Shown one piece after another: positions 50,585 to 62,302 of a stretch of DNA of 64,000 nucleotides (the stretch's first letter is position 1; each line of letters starts with the position of its first letter). The stretch is from Octopus sinensis (Eukaryota): assembly GCF_006345805.1 (NCBI RefSeq), contig NC_042999.1, positions 168,392,001 through 168,456,000 of the forward strand, written 5' to 3'. The position numbers and the translations under genes are program-made. Below the pieces are notes generated by a model. It saw only the letters and a program-made list of their open reading frames with translations. It was not told the origin of the DNA and made no database searches.

Positions 50585-51584
50585 GTAATTTATTTTGTTA
50601 TTTCTTGGAAATATATTTTTTTCTGTCTTTTTTATGTATCCCAAATAACTGAAGAGAAATTTGTTTTCTCTCTACTCCACAAATGTTCTTAAAAGCATAA
50701 GTATATGACGATCTCCTTTATATAATCAGCATTCTGGCAGGTTAAACAAATTTCTAAATACATAAATTTTTTTCTAATTGTGAGCAGTTAGGAAATGGAG
50801 ATGTTTCTGAATAATAATGTCTATTTTATCAACAGAAGAATCTAACATTTTAATACCAACCTGCATGAGATTGTCCATGCTAAAGTGTTTATATTCAAAT
50901 TTAAATCTCATTATGTAACCAACATATCTCTTTTACAGTGGCACACCTGTTTTTGTCCCCATTCTTGTTAACTCTCTGTCTGTCTCTGTCTCTGGGTAAC
51001 CATGTAGCCCCTCTACAGCAAGACATCAGTTTCTGCCTCTGTCACAATCTAACCTTTCATCATCTGACACAAGATTACCTCCTCCAATGTCCCCTCTCCT
51101 CTCAAAGATTATCTTGTAAGTTACTTGGTGACCCTGCCAGTGTCACATAAAAACATCCAGTCCACACTGTAAAATGGTTGACATTTAGAAGAGCATCCAG
51201 CTGTAAAACCATGCCATTACTGACCTCACCTGTGCTGCTGCCACGTAAAAAGCACGCAGTCCACTCTGTGGAGTGGTTGGTGTTAGGAAGGGCATCCAGT
51301 CGTAAAAACTGCCAAAACTGACACAAGTTTGATGCAGTTTTCTGCCTGGCCAATTCCTGTCAAACTGTCCACCTCCTGCCAGCATGCAAGGCGGATATTA
51401 AATGATGATTCTAATTTAAATTGCATTATAAATTATATCAATGTGCTGATGCTAGTTTCACAATTATGTTGCTTCAGATTTAGTCCTAGTGCTTAGTATC
51501 TTGCCTTCTACTGCAGCCACAGACTAATTAATGTTTTATGAGTGAAATTGGTAGATTTTTGTGCAGAAGCTCATCATCATATAT

Positions 51585-52147
51585 ATAGGTGTAGGAGTGG
51601 TTGTGTGGTAAGTAGCTTGCTTACGAACCACATGGGTCTGGGTTCAGTCTCACTATGGGGCACCTTGGGCAAGTGTCTTCTACTATAGCTTCGGGCCAGT
51701 CAAAGTCTTGTGAGTGGATTTAGTTGACAGAAACTGAAAGAAGATTGCTGTATGTGTGTGTGTGTATTTGTCTGTCAGTGTTTGTCCCCCCACCATTGCT
51801 TGACAACTAATGTTGGTGTGTCTACGTCCCTGTAACTTAGTGGTTCAGCAAAGTGAGACCAATAGAATAAGGCTTACAAAGAATAAGTCCTGGGGGTCAA
51901 TTTGTTTGACTAAAGTTGGTGCTCTAGCATGGCCACAGTTAAATGACTGAAACAAATAAAAGATTAAAAGAATATATATATAGGCGCAGGAGTGACTGTG
52001 TGGTAAGTAGCTTGCTAACCAACCACATGGTTCCGGGTTCAGTCCCACTGCATGGCATCTTGGGCAAGTGTCTTCTGCTATAGCCCCGGGCCGACCAATG
52101 CCTTGTGAGTGGATTTGGTAGACGGAAACTGAAAGAAGCCCGTCGTA

Positions 52148-52194
<47 letters not shown>

Positions 52195-52372
52195 TTATGT
52201 GCTGGTGTGTTTACATCCCCGTCACTTAGCGGTTCGGCAAAAAGAGCCCGATAGAATAAGTACTGGGCTTACAAAGAATAAGTCCCGGGGTCGATTTGCT
52301 CGACTAAAGGCGGTGCTCCAGCATGGCCGCAGTCAAATGACTGAAACAAGTAAAAGACAAAAGACAAAGACA
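51585..52372 (+). mobile_element. Two tandem SINE family A copies (older diverged copy, then younger internally deleted copy)
   Basis: Two heads (GGAGTGGTTGTGTGG at ~51595 and GGAGTGACTGTGTGG at ~51989) and two GACTGAAACAA tails. Confidence 0.8.
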
Positions 52373-52421
52373 TATATATATATACTTTTATATATATATA
52401 TATATACACATATATATATAT

Positions 52422-52481
<60 letters not shown>

Positions 52482-52488
52482 TATATAC

Positions 52489-52522
<34 letters not shown>

Positions 52523-52524
<2 letters not shown>

Positions 52525-54360
52525 CACCTCCATTCACTACAAACACACAGACTCACACTCATACCTAAACTTCTCTTCCTCCCACCCCAATCACACCAAG
52601 CTTTCAATCCCCTATTCCCAATTCCTCCGTCTACATAGGCTCTGTAGTGACGACCATGACTTTGAGACTCAGTCTCAACTCATGGCTCACCACTTCGTCC
52701 TACGTGGATACCCCCTCACCACTATCCACACTGCCCTTGCCAGAGCACGTTGCATAGACCGTGCATCTGCTCTCTCCCCTCGAACCCGCCCTGCAGTCTC
52801 CCGCCTCCCTTTTCCCCTCACTTACCACCCTACCTCTCCAACGCACCATTCTTCGAGCTTTCCGGCATCTCCAGTCCGACCTGGCCAATTCACACCTCTT
52901 CCCTAACCGACCCCTCCCCTCCTTCAAATGAGCCCATAACCTACGCAACCTCTTGGTCCACAGCTTCTTCCCCAACCCTACCTCCCAACCTGGCTCGTTC
53001 CCCTGCTCCCGCCCACGCTGCCGCACTTGCCCTTACCTCTCCAACACCACCCTCCTCACCGGCACCCATCATCGACCCTATCGCATCATCGACTCATTCA
53101 CCTGCACCTCCAGGAATATCATCTATTGCATCTCCTGCTCTCTCTGCCATTCCCTGTATATCGGACAAACGGGACGCCGCTTGGCTGACCGGTTCCCGGA
53201 ACACCTCCGAGACATCTGCCTTGCCAATGACACTCCAGTCTCATGCCATTTCCGCTCCACCGGTCACTACTTGCAACACCTGTCTGTGTTCGGATTGTCC
53301 TTGCACAGAGGCCATCCGGATTCCCGCTTCTGCCGTGAACAGGGATTAATCTTCTCTCTTCGCTCTTTTACACCATTTGGGCTCAACTCTCCCCCCCTTT
53401 TCATCTAACCTCCTCCCTGACTCCTACTTCTCTTCACTCCTACATCTTTTCACCCCTACTCTCTTTCCCTCCTCTTCCCTTCTTTCCCTTCTTCCCTCTT
53501 CTCTCTTCTTCCCTCTTCCCCTTCTCTCTTTCTCTCTGCTCCCTCACTCCCCTCTCTCCCTCCTCCTCCCCTCTCACTCTCCCCCATCCCCTGCCCTCCT
53601 CTCTTCTCTCCCCCTCTCACTCTTCCCCATCCCCTGCACCCCTCTTCTCTCCTCCTCTCTTTCATACCCTCACCCTCCACTACTCATACCCCTATCCCAC
53701 ACCCTCCCCCCCACATACCTCACACCTATATCCCGTAACCTCCCCCACATACCTCACCTCTAACCCTCCCCCTCTACCTACCCACAACCCCCACCCTCTA
53801 CTACCCACAACCCCCACTCCGAACCCACACCCCAGCCGAACCCACCCCACATCCTCTCACTATACTACTCTACATACACTACACTACTACACACCATACA
53901 CAACATACACATCACACACACACCACACCAACCCACAGCACACGCCCACACACCCATCCCCACATCTTTACACCTACACATACATACACACACACATCCA
54001 GACCACTAGCCCTCTTTCACATGCACATATTCTCTTATACACACGCACCTTTGTGTTGGGGGCACCTTCGTATTGGAAGTCACTTGACCCTGTTATCTCC
54101 CCTACTGTCCCTCTCGCGTCTGACCACTGTCCGAAGTCAGGATGCCATGATAGATCATTAGCTCCTACACGTATTTTTTTCTCTCCTTGTTTCTCTCCTT
54201 GTTTCTCTCCTTGTTTTTTTCTGTGTATCTTTCTGTCGAAGAGCATAGGCTCGAAACATAAAAGACTTTTTCTATTTCTGTTCCTGAGCACTATACTAAT
54301 ACATTTGTTTGTTTGTACTCTACCTGCCTTCGTCTTTTGTTTATTTTCGTAAACTTTTCC
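52523..54360 (+). mobile_element. Penelope-like element 3' part: RT thumb, GIY-YIG, low-complexity tract, pLTR
   Basis: [32 protein letters not shown], then CSRPRCRTC...IIYCISCSLCHSLYIGQTGRRLADRFPEH. CT/CA tract at 53410-54000, and a terminal block homologous to 60135-60315 (-). Confidence 0.88.
53410..54000. repeat. Polypyrimidine (CT/CCT) then C/A-rich low-complexity tract
   Basis: The + strand is almost free of G over ~590 nt. Confidence 0.9.
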
Positions 54361-54370
54361 ATTATATAGA

Positions 54371-54433
<63 letters not shown>

Positions 54434-55715
54434 GAAACATGTGTCTGAAGTAAAAGTATTTGAATAATACCTGCGTTAAACTCCATTTATTTATTTATTT
54501 CTATATTATAATTCTGAAATGCAAAAAGTTTGTTTGTCTGGTTTTGGCATTGAGAATGGGTTAAAGGCCACTAGATCCCATCGGATTGACTCTAAAATTT
54601 ACAGGGACATGTAAAATGAGGTGAGGATGCGAGTGGGCTAGGTTAGAAGTCTCCATCTTAAAAGGTGTCATTGCTAGGACCAAAAACGCACACTTTGACA
54701 AGTCTACTCTCATTCTTTTATGTGTCTGTCTTTTTCCATCTCTCACTCTCTTTCCTCCCTTCCTTTCACGTCCTCTCTATAACATCGTTTCGCAGCGTCT
54801 ATTATCTTTCCCCCGCCGCCATCGCATTCTATTATCTGCCTGTCTTTCTCTATCTCTCTCTCTCTCTCTTTCCTCCCTTCCTTTCACTTTCTCTCTATAA
54901 CGTCGTTTGATAGCGTCTACTATCTTTCCTCAGCCGCCTTCGCAAGCGCTGTCACTCTCTCTCTCTCTATGTCTGTCTGCATTCATAAAGAGAATTATCA
55001 TCGCCACAACCACCACCACACAATCATGAGAATCTTTCTCTTAAGGCAAATCATCTTTAGGTTTCAAGATATTTCATTTTTCAGTCCTCCCTTTCATATA
55101 TCACCTTTTCTTCCTCAATCTCTCTCTTTTCCCCCTTCCCTCCACCTTCTTTCTATATAACAATGCTTGACACCTCCACCGTCTCTCTTTCTTCTCCAAC
55201 GCATCGCTCAATGTATTTCTGTTTGTATCTATAAAGACGAAACGTGACAGCCGCAGAAGTTTAATTATTCCCACCACAAGTCTTATTCACCACAGGTCTT
55301 TCAGAAAGGTGAATTATTATCTCCCACCACCATTGCACAATTATAACAGATATTATCTATCAGAAGATATGTTATTATATAAATAAATATATATATATAT
55401 GTATATTATATATATATATATGTATAAATGTGACCGCATGTGTACCGTTGGCGATTTTTTTCCTCTGTCTTCCCTTCTCTGGATCTTTCCTCCTCCTCCT
55501 ATGTTTCTGACGAAGAGCTCCGCTCGAAACGTTTAACCCTCCTTCTTTCCTTCTTTCCTGAGCGTTCAATAATACTATATTTGTTCCACGTCCTAGCGTT
55601 GTTGTGTTTTTTTGTGCTTTCTTGTTTAGATTAACTTTATATGTATATATATACATGTATATATAAATGTATATGTATATATATGTTATATGTATATATG
55701 TATATGTATATGTAT

Positions 55716-55759
<44 letters not shown>

Positions 55760-55762
<3 letters not shown>

Positions 55763-56290
55763 TCAGCTCAGAGCTGCGGCCATGCTGATGCACCACCGTT
55801 TCGTGCTACACTGTTTTACTAAGAGCCTCCTCTAATATGTGGCACTTGAAGAATGGAGTTTGATATAGCTACTCTGATTTGCACCTCTTGCCGTGAGGTA
55901 GGTTCATCTGGGACTCTTGACAGGAAGATGTCCAGCTTGATTTAAAAAACCGCTACATCTACTTTGTGCAAGTTCCTCAGACTCTTTGGGAGAATATTAA
56001 AAAGCTGTGGGCCCTTGAAACCCAGGCTGTTGCAGTAGCTGGTCCTGAAGTGTGATGGCATTGCTGGGATCTTTGGCACGATGCAGTGTCGTCCGTTCTA
56101 GCATTGGTGTAGCTTACAATGCCAAAATTTGGCACAATTCCTTCCAGGATCTTCCAGACATATATTACTGCATACCTTTCCCGTCTTCTCTCCAGGGAGT
56201 AGAGTCTTAGCTGTTTGAACCTTTCCCAGTAGCTGAGCTGTTGCAAAGAGACGATTTTCTTTGTAATCTCCCTTAGTTCCTTTCGCTTGA
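55760..56290 (-). mobile_element. CR1/L2-group LINE 3' fragment, same family as 25318-25945, internally deleted
   Basis: Minus ORF 55977..56303: YWERFKQLRLYSLERRRERYAVIYVWKILEGIVPNFGI. Confidence 0.85.
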
Positions 56291-56920
56291 CATGCCCTAA
56301 CACTATTTACCTGTCCTTCTCGCCTCTTGCCAACTGTCATCTCTGCATTGACCCTCACGCCAACTACCCTGTTGCCAACTGACTAACAAACCCCCAGCTC
56401 GCCACATTTTAAAGGGTAGCATTTTTATTTTTTTCCTTGCTTGACCGGATAAGGGTCAGAGGTATCTTCCAACCTCATTAATTTCCCTAGAAATGACAGG
56501 ACAAAAGCTTTCCCCAGTCTGTCCGGCGCCAAACCACGAAACTAGGTCACAGCACTTTTTCTCCATTTTGACCTTCATATCAATATATATATAAATATAT
56601 ATATCTATATATCTATCTATTTTTTTCCTCTCCATGTTCTCCCTATTTTCCTCCTTTTTCTTTTTCCTTCTCTTTATTTCTCTTTATTTCTATTTCCTTA
56701 CAAGAAGAATGAACCCATTCAATTCCATTTGACATTCACTCTATGCTGACTGGTGATACGGGTTTTCGAAATCCAATGATCCCCTACACGCCTATGTAGT
56801 TATGAAATTTTACAAATACACTTTCTCAGGGAGATATGATATACCTATTATTATGGGTAATACTACATGTACTTTTCATATCTTTTATAGTGTGATGTAA
56901 CTCTTTGGAAAAACAATGCA

Positions 56921-57013
56921 TGTGGCTGAAGAGAGCTTTAAGCCATATTTTATATCTATTATACACTGATGTAAGAACAGGTCATTTATAAAGCTTGAAA
57001 CACGTGTACCGCG
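56921..57013 (+). ncRNA. Type I hammerhead ribozyme motif, solo copy
   Basis: Helix I TGTGG/CCGCG (2 G.U), CTGAAGA (56926-32), helix II G-AGCTTTA / TAAAGCT-T, GAAAC-ACGT-GTA. Predicted cut after 57008. Confidence 0.75.
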
Positions 57014-57486
57014 ACATCCTTTGTGTTCTGTTTTTGATTTTATTTGATATATATATGTATATATATAAATATATATATATATACATATAATAAATATTAG
57101 GGAATAAATCCAAACTTACAGGGAAAAATCAGATTTAAGATTGAATCGAATTTTATAGTAAAATATTATATTATATTAAATTAGAGATAAAACCACTATT
57201 AGGCAAATCATACAATGAAAAACTTAAGCCAATACATAAGATTATTTAATTTATATTATTTAAATATGTAACAAAATTATTAAAAAAATTAATTATATTT
57301 TTTTAATAATTTTGTTATATATTTAAATAATACAGGCTTCTTTCAGTTTCCGTCTACCAAATCCACTCACAAGGCTTGGTCGGCCCGGGGCTATAGAAGA
57401 CACTTGCCCAAGGTGCCACGCAGTGGGACTGAACCCGGAACCATGTGGTTGGTTAGCAAGCTACTTACCACACAGCCACTCCTGCG

Positions 57487-57586
<100 letters not shown>

Positions 57587-57589
57587 TAA

Positions 57590-58380
57590 AATAATAGAGA
57601 TGTCTATGTATGGACCAAAAGCCCCCGCGGACACACAGCCTATTCGAAGCATCCACAATCTCTCCAAATTAAACTTTCATCAGGTAAATTGGAAGTTGAT
57701 TGAGAAAGAGATCCTCAGACAGGATTGGCCTGAATGTCTCTCTACACCAGACATTGACATGAAACACAAACGTTTCATGTCCATAATACAAGCTATATGT
57801 GACAAATATGTCCCAGTGTGCAGGGCCAGCACACACAAAAACAGGATCATTAGAGAAAGGAAGATTCTTATGAGACGCTGGACAAGGATTGCGAACCGTC
57901 TGAGCAAGCACACCAAAAGTGGTGAGAAGTCTTGGCTCGAGAGAATGCTAATGGAAATTGAGAAAAGTCTGCATCAGTCTCATGAAAAGGAGAGAGCAGA
58001 TAAAGAAGCTTGGGTAATAGAAAATATAAAGTCAAACAGTGCACCAGAGAATAGGACCTCTCTAACACAAAGATCGCTCCCTCACAGGAAATCCAACGAG
58101 GATAAGTGAAATACTGAACGAACAGTTCCAAAGTGTGTTCACTACACCTCTAGTACACAGGCAAGTAAACAACCCAGAAGAATTCTTTGCCACATTACCT
58201 GTGGCCAAAGAGGCAAAAATTTAGTACATCAACATTGAAGATGATGATATCACACTAGCCATAGATGAGATTGACACAAACTCAGCTGCTGGACCTGATG
58301 GATTTCCAGTGATCCTTCTCAAATTGTGCAAATGAGCCCTTGCAAAACTGCTACAGCTTCTTTTTCAGAGCTTTCTTGCA
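57590..58380 (+). mobile_element. CR1/L2-group LINE internal fragment (EN-RT linker)
   Basis: LNFHQVNWKLI...AICDKYVP...ILNEQFQSVF...SAAGPDGFP..LLK. Truncated at both ends. Confidence 0.75.
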
Positions 58381-59099
58381 AGTATAATATAAGTATAATA
58401 TAAAGTATAATATAATCGTAACATAACAAAAGTAAAAATAGCAATTGGTATAAAATTGCATCAATGACTTGAACTTGAATAAGTGGTTTCACATGAATGG
58501 GAATAAATTATAAATAAAATTAATGCACAGAAATAGAATAGTCCATTAAATTAAAGAAAAGACTATTGTCTATAAAGTATACAATGTAGAGAGAAAAAAA
58601 CAAAAGATTTGAAGACCTGAAGGAAAGCACCATTGAAAAGTGTCTCGGTGCGACTATGAAAGATATCAAGTATCTTGCCAGAGGCAGTAAATTCGCCACA
58701 ATAGAAGCAAGGTTCGAGTCAACGGAGCGTACAAGGGAGTACTCGACTCGAACCTTGCAAAGTGGAAATATTTTATTTTTACCTTTATATCTGGGACGTA
58801 GGACATCCCAGATAAAAATTTAAAACGTCCCCCCAGAAGTAGAGGTAGGCTGGATTGTAGCCACACTTCTATACAAGAGGGAGGACAAGATACAATTGAT
58901 CAAAATTGCAAGAGACGGGCCTACAATTCCAGTCTGTTATATATTTTGAGTATTGTTATCACTAGTGATATCAAGATATAACTTTGTATTTTGTATTTTA
59001 TGTGTAGATGTATATATATAGATGTACACATATATACATGCACTAGCACTATGACCCGGCAACGCCGGGTCATAATGCTAGTATATTATAAATATATAT

Positions 59100-59495
59100 A
59101 TACTCTTTTTTTTATTTTACTTGTTTCAGTCATTTGACTGCGGCCATGCTGGAGCACCGCCTTTAATCGAGCAACTCAACCCCGGGACTTATTCTTTTGT
59201 AAGCCCAGTACTTATTCTATCGGTCTCTTTTGCCAAACCACGAAGTGGCGGGGACATAAACACACCAGCATCGGTTGTCAAGCGATGTTGGGGAGATAAA
59301 CACAGTCATACAAACATATACGCACACATATATATATATACATATATACGACAGTCTTCTTTCAGTTTCCGTCTACCAAATCCACTCACAAGGCTTTGGT
59401 CGGCCCGAGGCTATAGTAGAAGACACTTGCCCAAGGTGCCACCCAGAACCATGTGATTGGCAAACAGGCTACTTACCACACAGCCACTCCTGCAC
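59100..59495 (-). mobile_element. SINE family A
   Basis: Homologous to 33001-33413. A 5' half copy also lies at 57334-57490 (-). Confidence 0.8.
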
Positions 59496-59512
59496 CTATA
59501 TATATATTATAA

Positions 59513-59545
<33 letters not shown>

Positions 59546-59555
<10 letters not shown>

Positions 59556-59920
59556 GTGTAGGAAGAAATGGAGCTGAACGAAGATTTAACAAAATTCCTT
59601 TTTATTATTTTCTACATATGTTTCAAAGGCTGCAAAGTTCCTAATTCGGATTGAATAAGGAGTCCATTTTGCAGCCTTCTCTTCAGGAAACTTAATTCTC
59701 CAACAAAATGCACAGCAAGCTTTTCGACAAACGCTCACGAGGAGCCCATGGAATAGGAGAATTAAGTTCCTGGATTTTCCTGAAGAGAAGGCTGCAAAAT
59801 GGACTCCTTATTCAATCCAAATTAGGGACTTTGCAGCCTTTGAAACATATGTAGAAAATAATAAAAAGGAATTTTGTTAAATCTTCGTTCAGCTCCATTT
59901 CTTCCTACACTAAATATATA
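59546..59920. repeat. Inverted repeat with ~155-bp arms and ~54-nt spacer
   Basis: ATTTAGTGTAGGAAGAAATGG... / ...CCATTTCTTCCTACACTAAAT. Few mismatches; the right arm has a 9-10 nt insertion just upstream of the HHR core. Confidence 0.95.
59774..59859 (+). ncRNA. Type I hammerhead ribozyme motif (mirror copy on - strand at 59607-59690)
   Basis: Helix I ATTTTC/GAAAAT, CTGAAGA (59780-86), helix II G-AAGGCTGCAAA / TTTGCAGCCTT-T, GAAAC-ATAT-GTA. Predicted cut after 59853. Confidence 0.8.
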
Positions 59921-60072
59921 AAACTTCAAATTTCCGCACTAAGGCACGGATTTTAGGCCCCATGGTCGTAACCTCAACCGTGCTTTTCTGTTGTGATTTT
60001 TGCTACCCAGGTATCGATTATCATTTGACTAATCTGTAATAAGATAATTCATTTATCTACTTCAATATATAT

Positions 60073-60106
<34 letters not shown>

Positions 60107-60316
60107 CATATATATACATACATATATATATAAGGAGAGTTTACGAAAAAACAAAAGACGAAGACAGGCGGTGTACAAAACAAACAGATGTATTAGTATA
60201 ACACTCAGGAATAGAAAAAGTCTTTTACGTTTCGAGCCTACGCTCTTCTACAGAAAGGGGCACAGAAAAAACAAGGAGAGAAAAAAATGTGTGTTGTGGC
60301 TAACGATCTATCATAT

Positions 60317-60389
<73 letters not shown>

Positions 60390-61139
60390 ATATATATATA
60401 TTATAAATATATATATATATATATATATTATAAATATATATATATATATATATTATAAATATATATACATATATTATATATATATATTATAAATATATAT
60501 ACATATATATACATATATATATACATATATATAAAATTGGTCATTCCAAGCATAGGGTTTGTAAACTTCATGGAGGACACCATGAAATGTCTGTTGCAGT
60601 ATAGGATGTGGCCTCCCTGGGCTCGATTGGCAGCAATCAGTCAAGTTGGCTTAAGGCCAGCCCTGCAAGTATCTACGTGAGCATGTCTGCGTTTATGTGT
60701 CTGCCATTACATTGACATCACTTGCAAAAGCACTGTGACTGTGTTTATGTCTTGTAATTTAGGGGTTTGACGAATGGTGATTGATAAGGCATTTCTCAGA
60801 CTGTGAAATAAATCCTGGGTTTGAGTTAGTACTGAATTGGACTGCATAACTAGTCTAATGACTTAAACACCGTAAAGCATGTTAGCAATAAACCCTATAT
60901 GTAAATAGACTCCTTATTGGAAGAGAAAGGGGAAATTTGGAGAGAGACTCATGCTGTACTACATTTATGTTTGTCCATCATTAGAATTTCAGTTGCATAT
61001 CAAGTTTTTCTGTGAGAAGTTGTTGGCCCTTCTATGGTTTTGCATGTATTGTTTTTCTGAAACCTATTTTTGTAATCATATTGGCCAAGTTACTGTTATT
61101 TATTTATTTATTCTGTTATTATTAATGTTATCTCATCAG

Positions 61140-61230
61140 GTTAGTGTCATCAGCTCAGATTGTGAGGTTCAGTTGTGTAAGACTATGAACTCAACTTCTT
61201 TCGTAATGGGCAGCCCACAGAAAAATACAG
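61140..61230 (+). CDS. Internal coding exon G (VSVISSDCEVQLCKTMNSTSFVMGSPQKNT+1 nt)
   Basis: CATCAG acceptor and GTTTGT donor at 61231. 91 nt, phase 0 to phase 1. The C-x4-C after the Y-x-I-Q-V strand resembles the end of the IL-17R D2 domain. Confidence 0.75.
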
Positions 61231-61842
61231 GTTTGTATTCTTTTCCATAATTATAAATTAATAATTTGCAAATATTCTTCATTCCTAAAAACTTAATCTG
61301 ATTTTTTCTGAATTTTATTGGATTTTGACAGAATTTAACTGGTTGAGATTAGACTACATTTCTAACATTTAAGTGGGAGTAATTTTCTTAATATTTTAAG
61401 ATAATTTTGTGTACTGAGGGTGCTTCTGTACTCTAAATGCAGGTGTGAGCATCTCATCAGGTGGTGAAGCAGCTCTGTAGGTGTTTTAGCCCCTTTGACC
61501 ATATCTCGAAAGCTGCTTGGGGTCCCGCTGATGTCAGTGACAGAACTCTCACTCAACAGCATAAATTTCATTGAGTCAAATGCTGTGGTTTCAGGGCCAG
61601 ATGTTTCTACTCTCTTTAATGCTTGTTCTTGCTGCACCACTTGTCCTCTCACTTGAGCCAGATGTAATGGCTTGCTTTTCCAGTGGCTATTTAAGATGGA
61701 TATATAAGCACTTGACAGTGTAATGTTAAATTTCATCTTGCACTGCATTACTCATTTGATGCAAAAAGAAAAAAGAAAAAAAACCCTATCACCAAAAATC
61801 CCATTACTATGCATCTTTTTCAGATAACTTTGGAGCATTTAA

Positions 61843-62302
61843 CCCTTTAGCATTCAGATTACTCTGTTAATTGTAATGCATATTTATTCATATTGCTTTG
61901 AAGTAGTCAAGCAATATATATTTCTTTACTACCCACAAGGGGCTAAACTTAGAGGAGACAAACAAGGACAGACAAACGGATTAAGTCGATTACATCGACC
62001 CCAGTGCGTAACTGGTACTTAATTTATCGACCCCGGAAGGATGAAAGGCAAAGTCGACCTGGGTGGAATTTGAACTCGGAACGTAACGGCAGACGAAATA
62101 CGGCAACGCATTTCGCCCGGCGTGCTAACGTTTCTGCCAGCTCGCCGCCTTGAAGTTATCAAGCAAAATAATGTAGCTTTGAGATTTCAATGATGTGATT
62201 GTTAATTTTTAGAATCACATTGTAGGATAGGTGTGATAGGTTGGATCTGAACATAAAATAGGTAGAATATTTAGGCTGGTGGTTGGTTTGAATGTTAAAA
62301 GG
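61843..62302. mobile_element. piggyBac-type MITE interrupted by a Nin/Deu-type SINE (61915-62149, -)
   Basis: TTAA-flanked CCCTTTAGCATT / AATGTTAAAAGG. The SINE is homologous to 18086-18315, with a 17-bp TSD TTGAAGTAGTCAAGCAA / TTGAAGTTATCAAGCAA. Confidence 0.8.

Noticed and set aside
54490-55380. Possible Helentron-like element with an internal ~50-bp duplication
   Set aside because: Only one terminus-like motif (AAAGTTTGTTTGTCTG) is seen and there is no second copy in the window, so it cannot be delimited or classified.
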